The notes below the pieces were generated by a model that saw nothing but the letters and a program-made list of their open reading frames with translations, was not told the origin of the DNA and did no database searches. From IMG/VR virus record IMGVR_UViG_3300029319_000007: a stretch of DNA of 64,000 nt. One strand, given 5' to 3'. Made by a program: the position numbers and the translations under genes. Shown piece by piece: positions 49,502-59,808 of the stretch (position 1 is the first letter of the stretch; every line of letters begins with the position of its first letter). The DNA comes from a virus.

Positions 49502-49867
49502 CTATCTTGTGACATTTGGTCTAACTGTCACTATCCCTTGTATTGGTCTTGTTATTGTACTATCAGAAGCAGTAATCTCAACATCATACACATATCTACC
49601 TTCTTCTAGAGCAGCAGTTTGTGTAGATGTTAAACTTAAAGTAATCTTACCAGTTGATGTATCTGAATCTATTGCAGTAGTAAAAGATGTTGATGATGAA
49701 GATGAATATGATTTACGAATCTGTGCCGCTGCTGAATAACCTGATAAATTAAGAATACTATCGTCTTGATATACTGTGATAACTGTACTAAATGTTGCAC
49801 CTTGATCCATTGTCAAATTTGCAATGGCAGCGACATTTGGGGCAGTCGTGACTGTGGTTGTTGGCAT
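49502..49867 (-). CDS. Ig/BppU-like virion structural protein
   Basis: ANL..DQGATF...AQIRK...GRYVYDVEI; CATAAATA at 49896-49889. Confidence 0.7.
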   Translation of the reverse strand: MPTTTVTTAPNVAAIANLTMDQGATFSTVITVYQDDSILNLSGYSAAAQIRKSYSSSSSTSFTTAIDSDTSTGKITLSLTSTQTAALEEGRYVYDVEITASDSTITRPIQGIVTVRPNVTR

Positions 49868-49891
49868 ACTGAAATCTCCTGTTCATACTAT

Positions 49892-50566
49892 TTATGCTTT
49901 TTTCGCCGCCTTACCTCTAAACCATGCAGGTAAACCCACATGAGGTCTTCCATCATATATGTTATCTTCTGCACCTTTTGTTTTCGCATTATTGTAATGT
50001 AAGAAAACTTGACCACAATCTTCACCTTCAAATGCTTCACGCCAATGTTCACATAGATTACCTTTGTAAACTAACATATCTCCAGGTTTTAAGACAACTT
50101 TTTTACCGTCAGTCATATCTGAATGATACCTACCATCTTTTGCATAACCTTTTTTAGGATCATTTTCAATATAGATTGGCCATGGATCACCACCTAGATT
50201 TATAGTTGTTGAAATCTCACATGAGTATCTATCTTTATGTCTTTTCAACACATCACCTTTTTTATAGATACGAGCATATGAATATGTAGGTATTAAACTC
50301 ATACCTGTATGTTTTTCCATAACAGGTTGTGTCTTTAATAATAAAGTGTCCATTGCAATATCGCAATAGTGTGAGTATGTGTTTGGTACTTGTTCGTCAG
50401 ACCATACACCCCATTCTTCTGTAAATGGTGAAATAAATCTTTCATCAAACATTGTTCTTGCAACTTGTCGTTTCATTAAAAAATAATTATAGACAAATTC
50501 TGCTACTTTAGGTTCTACTGCTTTTTTAATTACAATATAATTGTTTTTATCAAATTCTGTTTTCAT
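49892..50566 (-). CDS. 2OG-Fe(II) oxygenase
   Basis: RHKDR...EHWRE...QVFLHY. Confidence 0.85.
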   Translation of the reverse strand: MKTEFDKNNYIVIKKAVEPKVAEFVYNYFLMKRQVARTMFDERFISPFTEEWGVWSDEQVPNTYSHYCDIAMDTLLLKTQPVMEKHTGMSLIPTYSYARIYKKGDVLKRHKDRYSCEISTTINLGGDPWPIYIENDPKKGYAKDGRYHSDMTDGKKVVLKPGDMLVYKGNLCEHWREAFEGEDCGQVFLHYNNAKTKGAEDNIYDGRPHVGLPAWFRGKAAKKA

Positions 50567-51276
50567 TGTCCTTTTACTCCGTTTACAATCTGATTGCGAA
50601 TTGCTTGAATATTAAAATGTATAAATCTAAAATCTTCATAACCATCATGTAAAGAATATTGATGTGGCATGTAAGAATTAAAAAATATTAATGTGCCAGG
50701 TTTAGGTACATAGTGTACTTTTTCATTTGCATAAGATAATTTAGTTGTATCTTTCTGTTTTAATCCTGTCATCAATGCACCTGGTCTAGGATCATGAAAA
50801 ATAGGTATTGATGTATTAGGTGAACATTTAAGATAATAAAAACCTGATATGTGATTATCAGAATGAATGTGTGTGTTATGATGACCGCCACCATGTTTAC
50901 TAAATTCTTGTACCCAACACTCTGTAAAAAACATTGTGTAATTAGACATATCAAAACCTTGTTCATCTAATATATTTCTTGCTGTATTACCACAATAATC
51001 AACAAACTCACTTAATGCAGGATCTCTTTCAATAGGTCCTGAATGATAAGACATGCCGTGATCTTTTACAGCATTATAATGTTTTGTGCCTAATTCTTTT
51101 TTTCTTTTTTCTTGGTGAGGTTTTTCTCTTTTGTATGCTTCTTTTATATGTTTGTCACATGCTTTATCAATTTTTTTAACCCATTGAGGTTTTTCAATTG
51201 TATATACAGGACAAGAAAAATAATTCTGTGTTTCTAATGTATCTATTTCATTTGTGTTATTAGTCAATAATGCCAT
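50563..51276 (-). CDS. Putative 2OG-Fe(II) oxygenase (HxH type)
   Basis: THIH...ISGFYYL..F.DPRP...FNSYMPH. Confidence 0.85.
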   Translation of the reverse strand: MALLTNNTNEIDTLETQNYFSCPVYTIEKPQWVKKIDKACDKHIKEAYKREKPHQEKRKKELGTKHYNAVKDHGMSYHSGPIERDPALSEFVDYCGNTARNILDEQGFDMSNYTMFFTECWVQEFSKHGGGHHNTHIHSDNHISGFYYLKCSPNTSIPIFHDPRPGALMTGLKQKDTTKLSYANEKVHYVPKPGTLIFFNSYMPHQYSLHDGYEDFRFIHFNIQAIRNQIVNGVKGQ

Positions 51277-51279
51277 AAT

Positions 51280-51939
51280 CTATCTCCATGGTTGTCCTAG
51301 ATTCCAAACTACTAATGAATATCTAGTTCCTTTTGTCACTGGTGCAACTCTATGCCACACAAAACTTGGAAAAACAATAATAGAACCACGAGGTCTAATC
51401 TCTGTACATTCATGTATTGCTTTCTTTTTATCTTGTTCCCAATCTTTTTGATTTCTCATATCAAATTCTAAATTACCACCTGTATACTCATCAGGTTCAG
51501 ACAATGATATCGTCACAGATAACTTTCTTATTTTACCGTGTGAGTTAGGATCATCTGGTTTATTATAAGGAACATCCCAACTATCACAATGCCAACCATA
51601 ATATTGACCAGGACCATATCTTGTGAATTGACAAGATTCAGAAAAATCCCAATCAAAGTTCCAACCTGCTTTTTCGTTTGCTTCTCTAACATATGGATGT
51701 ATTTCTTTATACAACCATGCGTCATTCATCCAAACGATATCAGATTTTCTTTTTACATGAAGTTTTTTAAGTGCTGACTTTTTGAAAGTGCCGTCTTTCT
51801 TAACATTGTTTTCGTTTGCTTCTGCACCACCTGTGACAGCAATTTCAGGTTTGTGTCTTTTTCCATATTCAATTATTTCATCACATGTACGAGGAGTTAA
51901 TGCTGATTGAAAATAATAATAGTAGTTTCTTAAATTCAT
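51280..51939 (-). CDS. PKHD/prolyl-4-hydroxylase-like 2OG-Fe(II) oxygenase
   Basis: YGWHCD, RKLSVT, Y.GG.L, FPSFVWHRVAPVTKGTRYSLV. Confidence 0.92.
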   Translation of the reverse strand: MNLRNYYYYFQSALTPRTCDEIIEYGKRHKPEIAVTGGAEANENNVKKDGTFKKSALKKLHVKRKSDIVWMNDAWLYKEIHPYVREANEKAGWNFDWDFSESCQFTRYGPGQYYGWHCDSWDVPYNKPDDPNSHGKIRKLSVTISLSEPDEYTGGNLEFDMRNQKDWEQDKKKAIHECTEIRPRGSIIVFPSFVWHRVAPVTKGTRYSLVVWNLGQPWR

Positions 51940-51984
51940 TTTATAATCACCTTTTTAATATATAGTAGTCTTAAAAAAGACTAA

Positions 51985-53427
51985 TTAATTCTGATACTTA
52001 TATCTAATTATAACGACACCTGATCCACCTGCAAGACCATTACCTCCTGGAGCAGCAGCACCTGGTCCGCCTGAACCTCTATTTGCTGTACCAGCAGTTC
52101 CTGCCGCTGTACCACCTGTTCCAGCAGTACCGTCACCACAGTTACCTCTTGCGGCACCTCCGCCAGCATAACCTACACTTGAACCTGTAATTTGTGTGGT
52201 TGCACCATTACCGCCAGGTCCACCTGTATTAGTTCCTGTCATACCACCTCTTGCGGCAATACCGCCTCCGCCGCCTCCGCTTTGGTCGCCTGAACCTGGA
52301 TTGCCTGGGTGTATGCCACCAGCACCACCTTTACTACCTTGTTCAGGACTTACAGGAGGTGTATTACCTGCACCACCGCCTCTTGCACAAGTACCTGGGC
52401 CGGTACCACCTCCGCCGCCTCCACCGCCGCTTCCGCCGGGTTGACCTGGAAAGATTGTACCATTACCTGGAGGAGAACCTCCTCCTCCACCTCCGCCACC
52501 TGCGGATGTGATTGTACTGAAAACTGAATTACCACCATTTGATCCTATTGATGGTGGTTGTGGCGTTGAAGGATGTCCTGTGCCTGCGGATCCTCCTCCA
52601 CCTACTGTGATTGGATATGTTGCAGCTGGAACTGCAAGACCATCTGGTGCGACAATTGGACTTGGTGAAGAAGTGTATGAATCAAATGCTGGTGCTTTAC
52701 CTTCACGATAACCTCCAGCACCTGCACCGCCACCACGGTTACTTGCTTGAGATCCTCCACCTCCACCGCCGCCTCCAACGACTAGATAAGAAACTTTATT
52801 ACTACCTGAGGCATTACCAGCACACGAAACTATAAAGTTTGCGTCACCAGTAAATGTATGTATTTTAAAATCACCTGATGTAGTGACTGTGCCGCCTGTA
52901 GCAGTCACATATTTTGAAGTGAGATTAGCAACATTACTTTCATTTGTAAATAACCAACCTTTTGTTGAATCAATGTAAACTAGTGTTAGAGAAGCACGAT
53001 TTGTGTCTATTACAGCGTCAACAGCAACACCTTGTATGTTGTGACTATTTCTTTGAATAGTAAGATTATTTGTACCAAAGTTAGCAGCATAATCTTTGAT
53101 TGATACCATATCTCCTGCACTTGCACTTGCAGGTAATTTTACAAGACCAGCAGCACTTGAATTATTTACGAAATATCCTCTACCTGCAACCATAGTAGTG
53201 ACTGTACTTCCGTCTGATACAACGACTGCTTGCCATTGAACAGGCGGTACAGTACCACTTGCACCTAGTGCTATTGACTGTCCGTTTACTGTAATACTTG
53301 AATTTGATAATTTTGCATTAGCGATTGAACCCGCTAATTTTGCACTTGTTATAGTACCAGGTGCGATATCTGCCGCTGCTACTGAACAATCTACTAAACC
53401 TTTTGTGCCTATCTGATCTACTGCCAT
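51985..53427 (-). CDS. Gly/Pro-rich adhesin/fibre paralogue 1
   Basis: Shared N-terminal module and polyglycine C-terminal domain ending GGSGVVIIRY; TATAAATA at 53440-53433. Confidence 0.85.
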   Translation of the reverse strand: MAVDQIGTKGLVDCSVAAADIAPGTITSAKLAGSIANAKLSNSSITVNGQSIALGASGTVPPVQWQAVVVSDGSTVTTMVAGRGYFVNNSSAAGLVKLPASASAGDMVSIKDYAANFGTNNLTIQRNSHNIQGVAVDAVIDTNRASLTLVYIDSTKGWLFTNESNVANLTSKYVTATGGTVTTSGDFKIHTFTGDANFIVSCAGNASGSNKVSYLVVGGGGGGGGSQASNRGGGAGAGGYREGKAPAFDSYTSSPSPIVAPDGLAVPAATYPITVGGGGSAGTGHPSTPQPPSIGSNGGNSVFSTITSAGGGGGGGGSPPGNGTIFPGQPGGSGGGGGGGGTGPGTCARGGGAGNTPPVSPEQGSKGGAGGIHPGNPGSGDQSGGGGGGIAARGGMTGTNTGGPGGNGATTQITGSSVGYAGGGAARGNCGDGTAGTGGTAAGTAGTANRGSGGPGAAAPGGNGLAGGSGVVIIRYKYQN

Positions 53428-53444
53428 AATACTATTTATACCCC

Positions 53445-54839
53445 TTATGATCCTTCTTGATATCTATATCTTAAAACTACTATACCTGAACCACCATTCG
53501 AACCTGCGGCACCTGAACCAGTTGCACCACCGCCACCGCCTCCTCTATTTGCTGTGCCTGCTGTACTTGCTTGTGGTGTTGAAGGTCCGCCACCAGTACC
53601 ACCTCCGCCTGGACCACCGGCACCAGGACCACAAGGTGAACCGCCACCGCCACCACCTGCATAAGTGACTGACGAAGCAGTTATTGAGTTTGCAGTACCA
53701 TTACCCCCATTACCTCCAGCATTAGAAGCATCGGGACCTGGTGTGCCTGCAGTAGCAGCACCGCCGCCACCTCCACCACCATCACCACCCGAAGGTGGGT
53801 ATGGCGCACCATTACCACCATTGTTGCCTTGAGGTGGACTTACTGGCGGTGTATTACCTGTACCACCTGTTTTAGTGCTGCCACCTTTGGCACCACCGCC
53901 ACCTGATCCGCCATTTTGGCCTGCACCGTATGAACCGTTTGCGTCTGAACCACCTCCACCTCCCCCAGCAGATGTGATCGTACTAAAAACTGAATTTGAA
54001 CCGTTGCCACCATAATTGTTTGCTGGTGGACCTTTACCTGCACCGCCACCACCTACTGTGATAGGATAAGTTGTTGCTGATGATAATGTTAAACCACAAC
54101 CAGGAAAATCATGTCTGAATCCTCCTGCACCTCCACCACCAGAGTTATCACAACCTCCGCCACCACCACCGGCGACTACAAGATATTGAACTTTATTTGT
54201 ACTACCAGTACCAACACCATTTGCTAAAGTAGAAACAATAAAGTTTCCACTACCAGTGAATGTGTGTATCTTATCATTACCTGATGTTGTGATCGTACCA
54301 CCTGTCGCAGTTAGATATTGGGGTCCTTGTAAATTTCCTACATTGTGTTCATCTGTGAATAACCAACCTTTTGTACTATCTACATAAACTAAAACAACAC
54401 TAGCACGATCAGTTTCTAATATTGCGTCAGCAGCAGTACCTTGTATGTTGTGACTATTTCTTTGTATTGTTAAATTATTAGTGCCAAAGTTTTCTGAATA
54501 ATCTTTTATTGCAATTGTATCACCTCGTGAAGCACTCGCAGGTAATTTTACTAAACCTGCAGCACTAGCGTTATCTACGAAATAACCACGACCTGCGACC
54601 ATAGTAGTCACAGTAGAACCGTCTGATGTAATCTTTGATTGCCAATCTTGTAAATTAAGAGCGTTATCAGAACCACCTAGTGATATTGCCTCACCACCTA
54701 TTGTGATTGTGGTATTTGCTAGTTTATCATTACCTATAGAACCTGCTAGTTTTGCATTAGTAATAGTGCCAGGGGCAAAATCTGCTGCCGCTACTGAGCA
54801 ATCTACAATGCCTCTAGAACCTATCTTAGAAATCGCCAT
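53445..54839 (-). CDS. Gly/Pro-rich adhesin/fibre paralogue 2
   Basis: Same architecture; TATAAATA at 54852-54845. Confidence 0.85.
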   Translation of the reverse strand: MAISKIGSRGIVDCSVAAADFAPGTITNAKLAGSIGNDKLANTTITIGGEAISLGGSDNALNLQDWQSKITSDGSTVTTMVAGRGYFVDNASAAGLVKLPASASRGDTIAIKDYSENFGTNNLTIQRNSHNIQGTAADAILETDRASVVLVYVDSTKGWLFTDEHNVGNLQGPQYLTATGGTITTSGNDKIHTFTGSGNFIVSTLANGVGTGSTNKVQYLVVAGGGGGGCDNSGGGGAGGFRHDFPGCGLTLSSATTYPITVGGGGAGKGPPANNYGGNGSNSVFSTITSAGGGGGGSDANGSYGAGQNGGSGGGGAKGGSTKTGGTGNTPPVSPPQGNNGGNGAPYPPSGGDGGGGGGGAATAGTPGPDASNAGGNGGNGTANSITASSVTYAGGGGGGSPCGPGAGGPGGGGTGGGPSTPQASTAGTANRGGGGGGATGSGAAGSNGGSGIVVLRYRYQEGS

Positions 54840-54854
54840 GAAACTATTTATAAT

Positions 54855-55379
54855 TTATGATACACTTATATCCCAAGATATTATTCTTTTAATTTTCTTA
54901 CTTTCATTAGGTGGACTAAAATGTTGAATAAATTGAGGTACTACAACGATTGTGCCTTCTTGTACTGGTATAGGATAATATACTGTTCTATCAGATACAT
55001 AATCATTCCAAGGTTGCATATAGTTTGTCATAGGTGCGTCTTTAGGTTGATCAAGATATAATATACCCGATAGACCTGTTGAACCGTGATTATGTACAGA
55101 ATGATAATCACCTTTCTTATAACTTACTGACCATGCGTCATCTATTCTAATATCTCTTTGAAGTTTATCAGATAACATTGTTAATTCTTCTTCTAGTATA
55201 ACAATTAAATCTTCTTTAAATTGAATACGAGGCGATTGTCTGTTTGTAGAAAAAGTTTGTATGCCATGTTTACTTTCAGGATGTCTTTTACATAGTGATT
55301 GTAATTTCTTTTTCTTTTCTTTAAAGTTTATAGTAGGTATTGTCCAATAAGGTATATTGAACATTGTCTCTTGAATCAT
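54855..55379 (-). CDS. Putative 2OG-Fe(II) oxygenase (HxH type)
   Basis: VHNHG..GLSGILYL...QHFSPP...RIISW. Confidence 0.8.
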   Translation of the reverse strand: MIQETMFNIPYWTIPTINFKEKKKKLQSLCKRHPESKHGIQTFSTNRQSPRIQFKEDLIVILEEELTMLSDKLQRDIRIDDAWSVSYKKGDYHSVHNHGSTGLSGILYLDQPKDAPMTNYMQPWNDYVSDRTVYYPIPVQEGTIVVVPQFIQHFSPPNESKKIKRIISWDISVS

Positions 55380-55588
55380 TCTTCTTCTCCTGCACCACTA
55401 ATTATGCTCATGACAGTATCAAAATTTTCTTCTACTGTCCAACTATTATCAGGCGTCCATAGTGTTGTATGTTTACCCTCATCAGATTTCATTACATCTT
55501 CAAAAATAGATTGTACTTTTGTTATGTCGATTGCAAGTTTTTTACCTTCAAAAGGTGCACTTGCATTTGTAAATATTCTAAACTTCAT
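55376..55588 (-). CDS. Hypothetical protein (70 aa)
   Basis: AGGAG SD; coupled to the downstream oxygenase. Confidence 0.7.
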   Translation of the reverse strand: MKFRIFTNASAPFEGKKLAIDITKVQSIFEDVMKSDEGKHTTLWTPDNSWTVEENFDTVMSIISGAGEEE

Positions 55589-55597
55589 TATATACTC

Positions 55598-56227
55598 CTA
55601 AAAATAAGTTTCTGGTAATTGTTTTCTGTTCATTATTCTTAAATTTCCTGATACACTTACTCTTGTACAATCAGATTTATATGGTAAAACCCAATGTTGT
55701 AGTAATGCAGGAAAAATATACATATCACCTGTTTGAGGTAATATTGCATGACCTGTTGTTGCCCATGGTGGGCGTGACATAGTGCCATATTCAAATTGCA
55801 AAGAACCTGGTTTTGTTCCTGTGCCTTCAAACTCTTTTATTTCTTTTTCTATTTCTTCAGGTACATCTACAAATATAACAAAAGAAAAATCACCACCATG
55901 TGTATGTAAAGGATTAAAATCACCTGGTCTCATAAAGTTAACCCATAAATCATCATATGCAATATGCACTTCTCTTTTTTCTAAACCGTGATATTCTAAA
56001 TGACCTTGTCTATATGCGTCAAAAATAGGGGATACTTGTTTATAAAACCAATCTGTGGTTTCATCATTATACTTGACTTGTCTTTTTACATGACCTGCAA
56101 GTTTCTTGTGATAAGATTCTAAATCTTTCTTACCGTCTTCGTGTAGTCTTTCTATTATATGATTGTCTATCTTTGTTGATCCTACATAAGGACCCCAATG
56201 TAAATAACGCATATTAATATTTTTCAT
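55598..56227 (-). CDS. Putative 2OG-Fe(II) oxygenase (HxH type)
   Basis: FNPLHTH...SFVIF...IFPA.LQHWV.P...RVSVSGN. Confidence 0.85.
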   Translation of the reverse strand: MKNINMRYLHWGPYVGSTKIDNHIIERLHEDGKKDLESYHKKLAGHVKRQVKYNDETTDWFYKQVSPIFDAYRQGHLEYHGLEKREVHIAYDDLWVNFMRPGDFNPLHTHGGDFSFVIFVDVPEEIEKEIKEFEGTGTKPGSLQFEYGTMSRPPWATTGHAILPQTGDMYIFPALLQHWVLPYKSDCTRVSVSGNLRIMNRKQLPETYF

Positions 56228-56270
56228 TTCAAATCACCTTTATATTATATAGTAGTCTAAAAAAAGACTA

Positions 56271-57713
56271 TTATTGAGACTTGTATCTTATGATAACAAT
56301 TCCTGAACCACCTGCAGCACCTGGCGCACTATTACCGCCTGACGCCCCACCAGCACCACCTCCTGTATTAGCAGAACCTGCATTACCGTTTTGTGTTGCT
56401 TGAGGTGTTGGTGAACCTTGAGTGACACCGTAACCACCAGCACCACCGCCACCTGAACCGCCTGCCGCTTGAACTGGTGCAAAAGGCGAAACACTTGGGT
56501 TATTCGAATAACGAGAACCCCCACCGCCGCCACCTGCTCGTGTGACATTTGAACCTGTTATAGTATTTGGTGAACCAGCGCCACCTGCACCTCCACCACC
56601 AGGAGATGAATCTCCATTACCAGCAGCGCCACCTGCACCGCCACCACCTCCACTTGTTGCTTGAGGAGTAGGTCCTGTGCCTGTGCCACCATTATTACCT
56701 TGTGAAGGACTTACTGGAGGTGTGTTGCCTGAACCACCTGATGTGCCTGGTCCACTTGCACCCCCACCTGATCCGCCATCACTACCATTTGTGACTTCTT
56801 TACCACCTTTACCACCACCAGTAGATGTAATTGTTGAGAAAACTGAATTTGATCCATTACCAGCACAGTTTGCAAAAGCGTTTGGCGCCCCAGCAGTACC
56901 ACCTGCACCTACTGTAATAGGATATGTTTGAACTGATACAGGAAAAGCACCTGCATTACAACCAGGACTAGGAAAAGATGTTCTATGACCACCTGCACCT
57001 CCGCCACCGCCACCTGATCCGCCACCACCAGCGACTACTAAGTAATCTACTGCTGTTGACCCAGCAGGTAAACCTGCGTTTGATACGACAAAGTTTCCAT
57101 CACCTGTAAATGTGTGAACTCTAAAATCTCCTGTTGTTGTGACTGTGCCACCTGTTGCCTCTACAAAAGGTGTTTGTAAAGAAGTAATATTACTTTCATT
57201 ATAATACAACCAACCTTTTGTTGCGTCAACATATACTAATCTGATTGACGCTTTATCTGTTTTTAATAAACCATTAGCAGTATTACCTTGTATCTTATGA
57301 CCATTGCGATTAATTGTCACACCATTTGAACCAAATGTGCCTGCATAATCTTTTATTGCGATATAATGACCTGCACTTGCACTACTAGGTAATGTGACTG
57401 TGTGTGTTGCTGATGATGTATCTATAAAATAACCACGACCTGAAACCATTGTAGTCGTTGTAGATCCGTCTGCTGTTATAACTGCTTGCCAATCTATAGT
57501 TGGCACACTACCTGAAGCACCTAATGTTATTGATTGACCACCAACTGTTATAGCACTATTTGCCAATTTAGCGTTTGCAATAGAACCTGCAAGTTTTGCT
57601 GTTGCGATAGAACCTGGTGCAATATCTGCTGTTCTTAATGTTCCGTCATCAATCTTTGCTGCTGTGACTGAACTATCTGTTAAACCTGATGTTGTGACTT
57701 TAGTTATTGCCAT
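56271..57713 (-). CDS. Gly/Pro-rich adhesin/fibre paralogue 3
   Basis: Same architecture. Confidence 0.85.
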   Translation of the reverse strand: MAITKVTTSGLTDSSVTAAKIDDGTLRTADIAPGSIATAKLAGSIANAKLANSAITVGGQSITLGASGSVPTIDWQAVITADGSTTTTMVSGRGYFIDTSSATHTVTLPSSASAGHYIAIKDYAGTFGSNGVTINRNGHKIQGNTANGLLKTDKASIRLVYVDATKGWLYYNESNITSLQTPFVEATGGTVTTTGDFRVHTFTGDGNFVVSNAGLPAGSTAVDYLVVAGGGGSGGGGGGAGGHRTSFPSPGCNAGAFPVSVQTYPITVGAGGTAGAPNAFANCAGNGSNSVFSTITSTGGGKGGKEVTNGSDGGSGGGASGPGTSGGSGNTPPVSPSQGNNGGTGTGPTPQATSGGGGGAGGAAGNGDSSPGGGGAGGAGSPNTITGSNVTRAGGGGGGSRYSNNPSVSPFAPVQAAGGSGGGGAGGYGVTQGSPTPQATQNGNAGSANTGGGAGGASGGNSAPGAAGGSGIVIIRYKSQ

Positions 57714-57715
57714 TT

Positions 57716-59221
57716 TTATCCTGACTGATACTTATATCTTACTATTACTACGCCTGAACCTCCAGCGCCGCCTGGGTTAGAACTACCACCACAGAATCCT
57801 GGTGAACTACCTGCACCTCCACCGCCCCCTTTATTAGCAGAACCAGCGTTGCCTGCAGTATTTCCTGATGGACCTGAAGCACCTCCGCCACCAGGACCAG
57901 CAGAACCTTGATCATATGAAACTCCGTGTATCGCACAAGCAGTACCACCGCCACCACCAGCATATCCTACAGGAGAACCTGTGATATGAGTAGTTGCACC
58001 GTTACCGCCATTACCAGCAACACCAGAACCTCCAGCAGAACCACCGTTACCGCCAGCGCCTCCACCACCACCTGAACCTGGTGTGTTAGTCGCATAATTA
58101 CCTTGACCACCTGGATTGCCTTGTGATGGACTCACGGGTGGTGTATTACCTGCACCAACAACTGCTCTTGGAGGTGGACTACTATTTTGTCCTGCACCAC
58201 CGCCTGAACCACCAGCGCCGCCGTCTGCAACTGGATTAGGTTGAGCGTCTCCTTGTTTTGCACCAGAACCGCCACCGGCAGATGTGATTGTACTAAAAAC
58301 TGAATTTGAACCTGCGTTTCCTCTACTACTACCAGGATGTGGACTACCACCTGCACCACCGCCACCTACTGTGACTGGATAAGAACCAGGCGAAGCAGAA
58401 ACAGTTAAACCTGCTGGTGCGTTTAGAGGAGAAACTGTGTATGAAGATTTAGGTGCGTCTTTACCTTCTCTAAATCCTCCAGCACCACCACCGGCGCCAC
58501 CAGCGCCTGCACCTGAACCACCACCTGCAATGACTAGATATGAAACTTTATCCCCACCACCAGCAGAATTACCTACTGACGCAACAGAGAAAGTGCCATC
58601 ACCTGTGAAAGTGTGTATCTTATCATTACCTGAAGTTGTGACTGTGCCACCTGTAGCAGATGTGAATGTTGCTTTTTGTAGATCAGAAACATCATGTTCG
58701 TCTGTGAATAACCAACCTTTTGTACTATCTACATAAACCATTGTGACTGACTTACGATTAGTTTTTAATAAACTATCAGCAGCAAGACCTTGTATGTTAT
58801 GACTATTTCTTTGTACTGTCGTATTATTAGTGCCAAAATTACCAGCATAATCTTTAATAATAATTGTATCACCTCTAGAAGCACTCGCAGGTAATTTTAC
58901 TAAACCAGCAGCACTAGAGTTATCTACAAAATATCCTTGACCTGCAACCATTGTAGTCACAGTAGAACCATCAGAAGTAATCTTTGATTGCCAATCTACA
59001 TCAACACCTACAGTATGTGAACCACCCAAAGAAACTGAGGTTCCTCTAATTGTTATTGCTGAGTTTGCTAATTTTGCATTTGTGATTGCGTCATCTGCTA
59101 ATCTATCTGACGCTACATTACAATCAGGAAAGTCTGCGGCAACAAGAACTCCGTCAGCAACTTTTGCTGCTGTGACAGCACTTGAATCTAATGCGTTTTT
59201 AGGAAGTTTCGTTATTGCCAT
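57716..59221 (-). CDS. Gly/Pro-rich adhesin/fibre paralogue 4
   Basis: Same architecture; TATAAATA at 59234-59227. Confidence 0.85.
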   Translation of the reverse strand: MAITKLPKNALDSSAVTAAKVADGVLVAADFPDCNVASDRLADDAITNAKLANSAITIRGTSVSLGGSHTVGVDVDWQSKITSDGSTVTTMVAGQGYFVDNSSAAGLVKLPASASRGDTIIIKDYAGNFGTNNTTVQRNSHNIQGLAADSLLKTNRKSVTMVYVDSTKGWLFTDEHDVSDLQKATFTSATGGTVTTSGNDKIHTFTGDGTFSVASVGNSAGGGDKVSYLVIAGGGSGAGAGGAGGGAGGFREGKDAPKSSYTVSPLNAPAGLTVSASPGSYPVTVGGGGAGGSPHPGSSRGNAGSNSVFSTITSAGGGSGAKQGDAQPNPVADGGAGGSGGGAGQNSSPPPRAVVGAGNTPPVSPSQGNPGGQGNYATNTPGSGGGGGAGGNGGSAGGSGVAGNGGNGATTHITGSPVGYAGGGGGTACAIHGVSYDQGSAGPGGGGASGPSGNTAGNAGSANKGGGGGAGSSPGFCGGSSNPGGAGGSGVVIVRYKYQSG

Positions 59222-59229
59222 ATGACTAT

Positions 59230-59790
59230 TTATATCAATTGATAGTGAGTTGATAAATTTACAAGAAACCCACTATTTTTGTTTGTTTCAATATAATGTT
59301 CAATATCTGAACTAAACAATATAAATTGATTATATTTTATCTCTTGTTTCCACAATCTATGTTTATTTCTACCATCATCATATTTAAATATCACATTACA
59401 TGGTTCTGGTGTTTCTGATACACAATATAAACAAGATATATCTGGTGAGTTTTCTAAATCCCATGGATTTACATGATTATGATAATTAATATTTTCACCT
59501 GATTGTTGAATGATTGCTCGAACATTTAAATCTGTTTTAGTTGGAGGAACAAGTGTTCTACCATGCAATTCTCTAAAATGATCTCTTATGTAATCAAAGA
59601 ACCATTGTATGTGTTGATGATACGGTAAAGCGATATAATCATCTAAATGCCAAAATTGATCGTCTGTAAGTTTGTTTTCTAAACTAAAATTAGTTAAACA
59701 ATGATTTTCAATTAGTTTTGGTTTTAAAAATGAGATATCACTTACCGTACCTGCGACTAAAAATTTTTCGCTTAAAAGTATTTTTTCCAT
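59230..59790 (-). CDS. Divergent 2OG-Fe(II) oxygenase-like protein
   Basis: YHNH...ILFSSDIEHYI. Confidence 0.6.
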   Translation of the reverse strand: MEKILLSEKFLVAGTVSDISFLKPKLIENHCLTNFSLENKLTDDQFWHLDDYIALPYHQHIQWFFDYIRDHFRELHGRTLVPPTKTDLNVRAIIQQSGENINYHNHVNPWDLENSPDISCLYCVSETPEPCNVIFKYDDGRNKHRLWKQEIKYNQFILFSSDIEHYIETNKNSGFLVNLSTHYQLI

Positions 59791-59808
59791 AACAACACCA
59801 TAACAATC

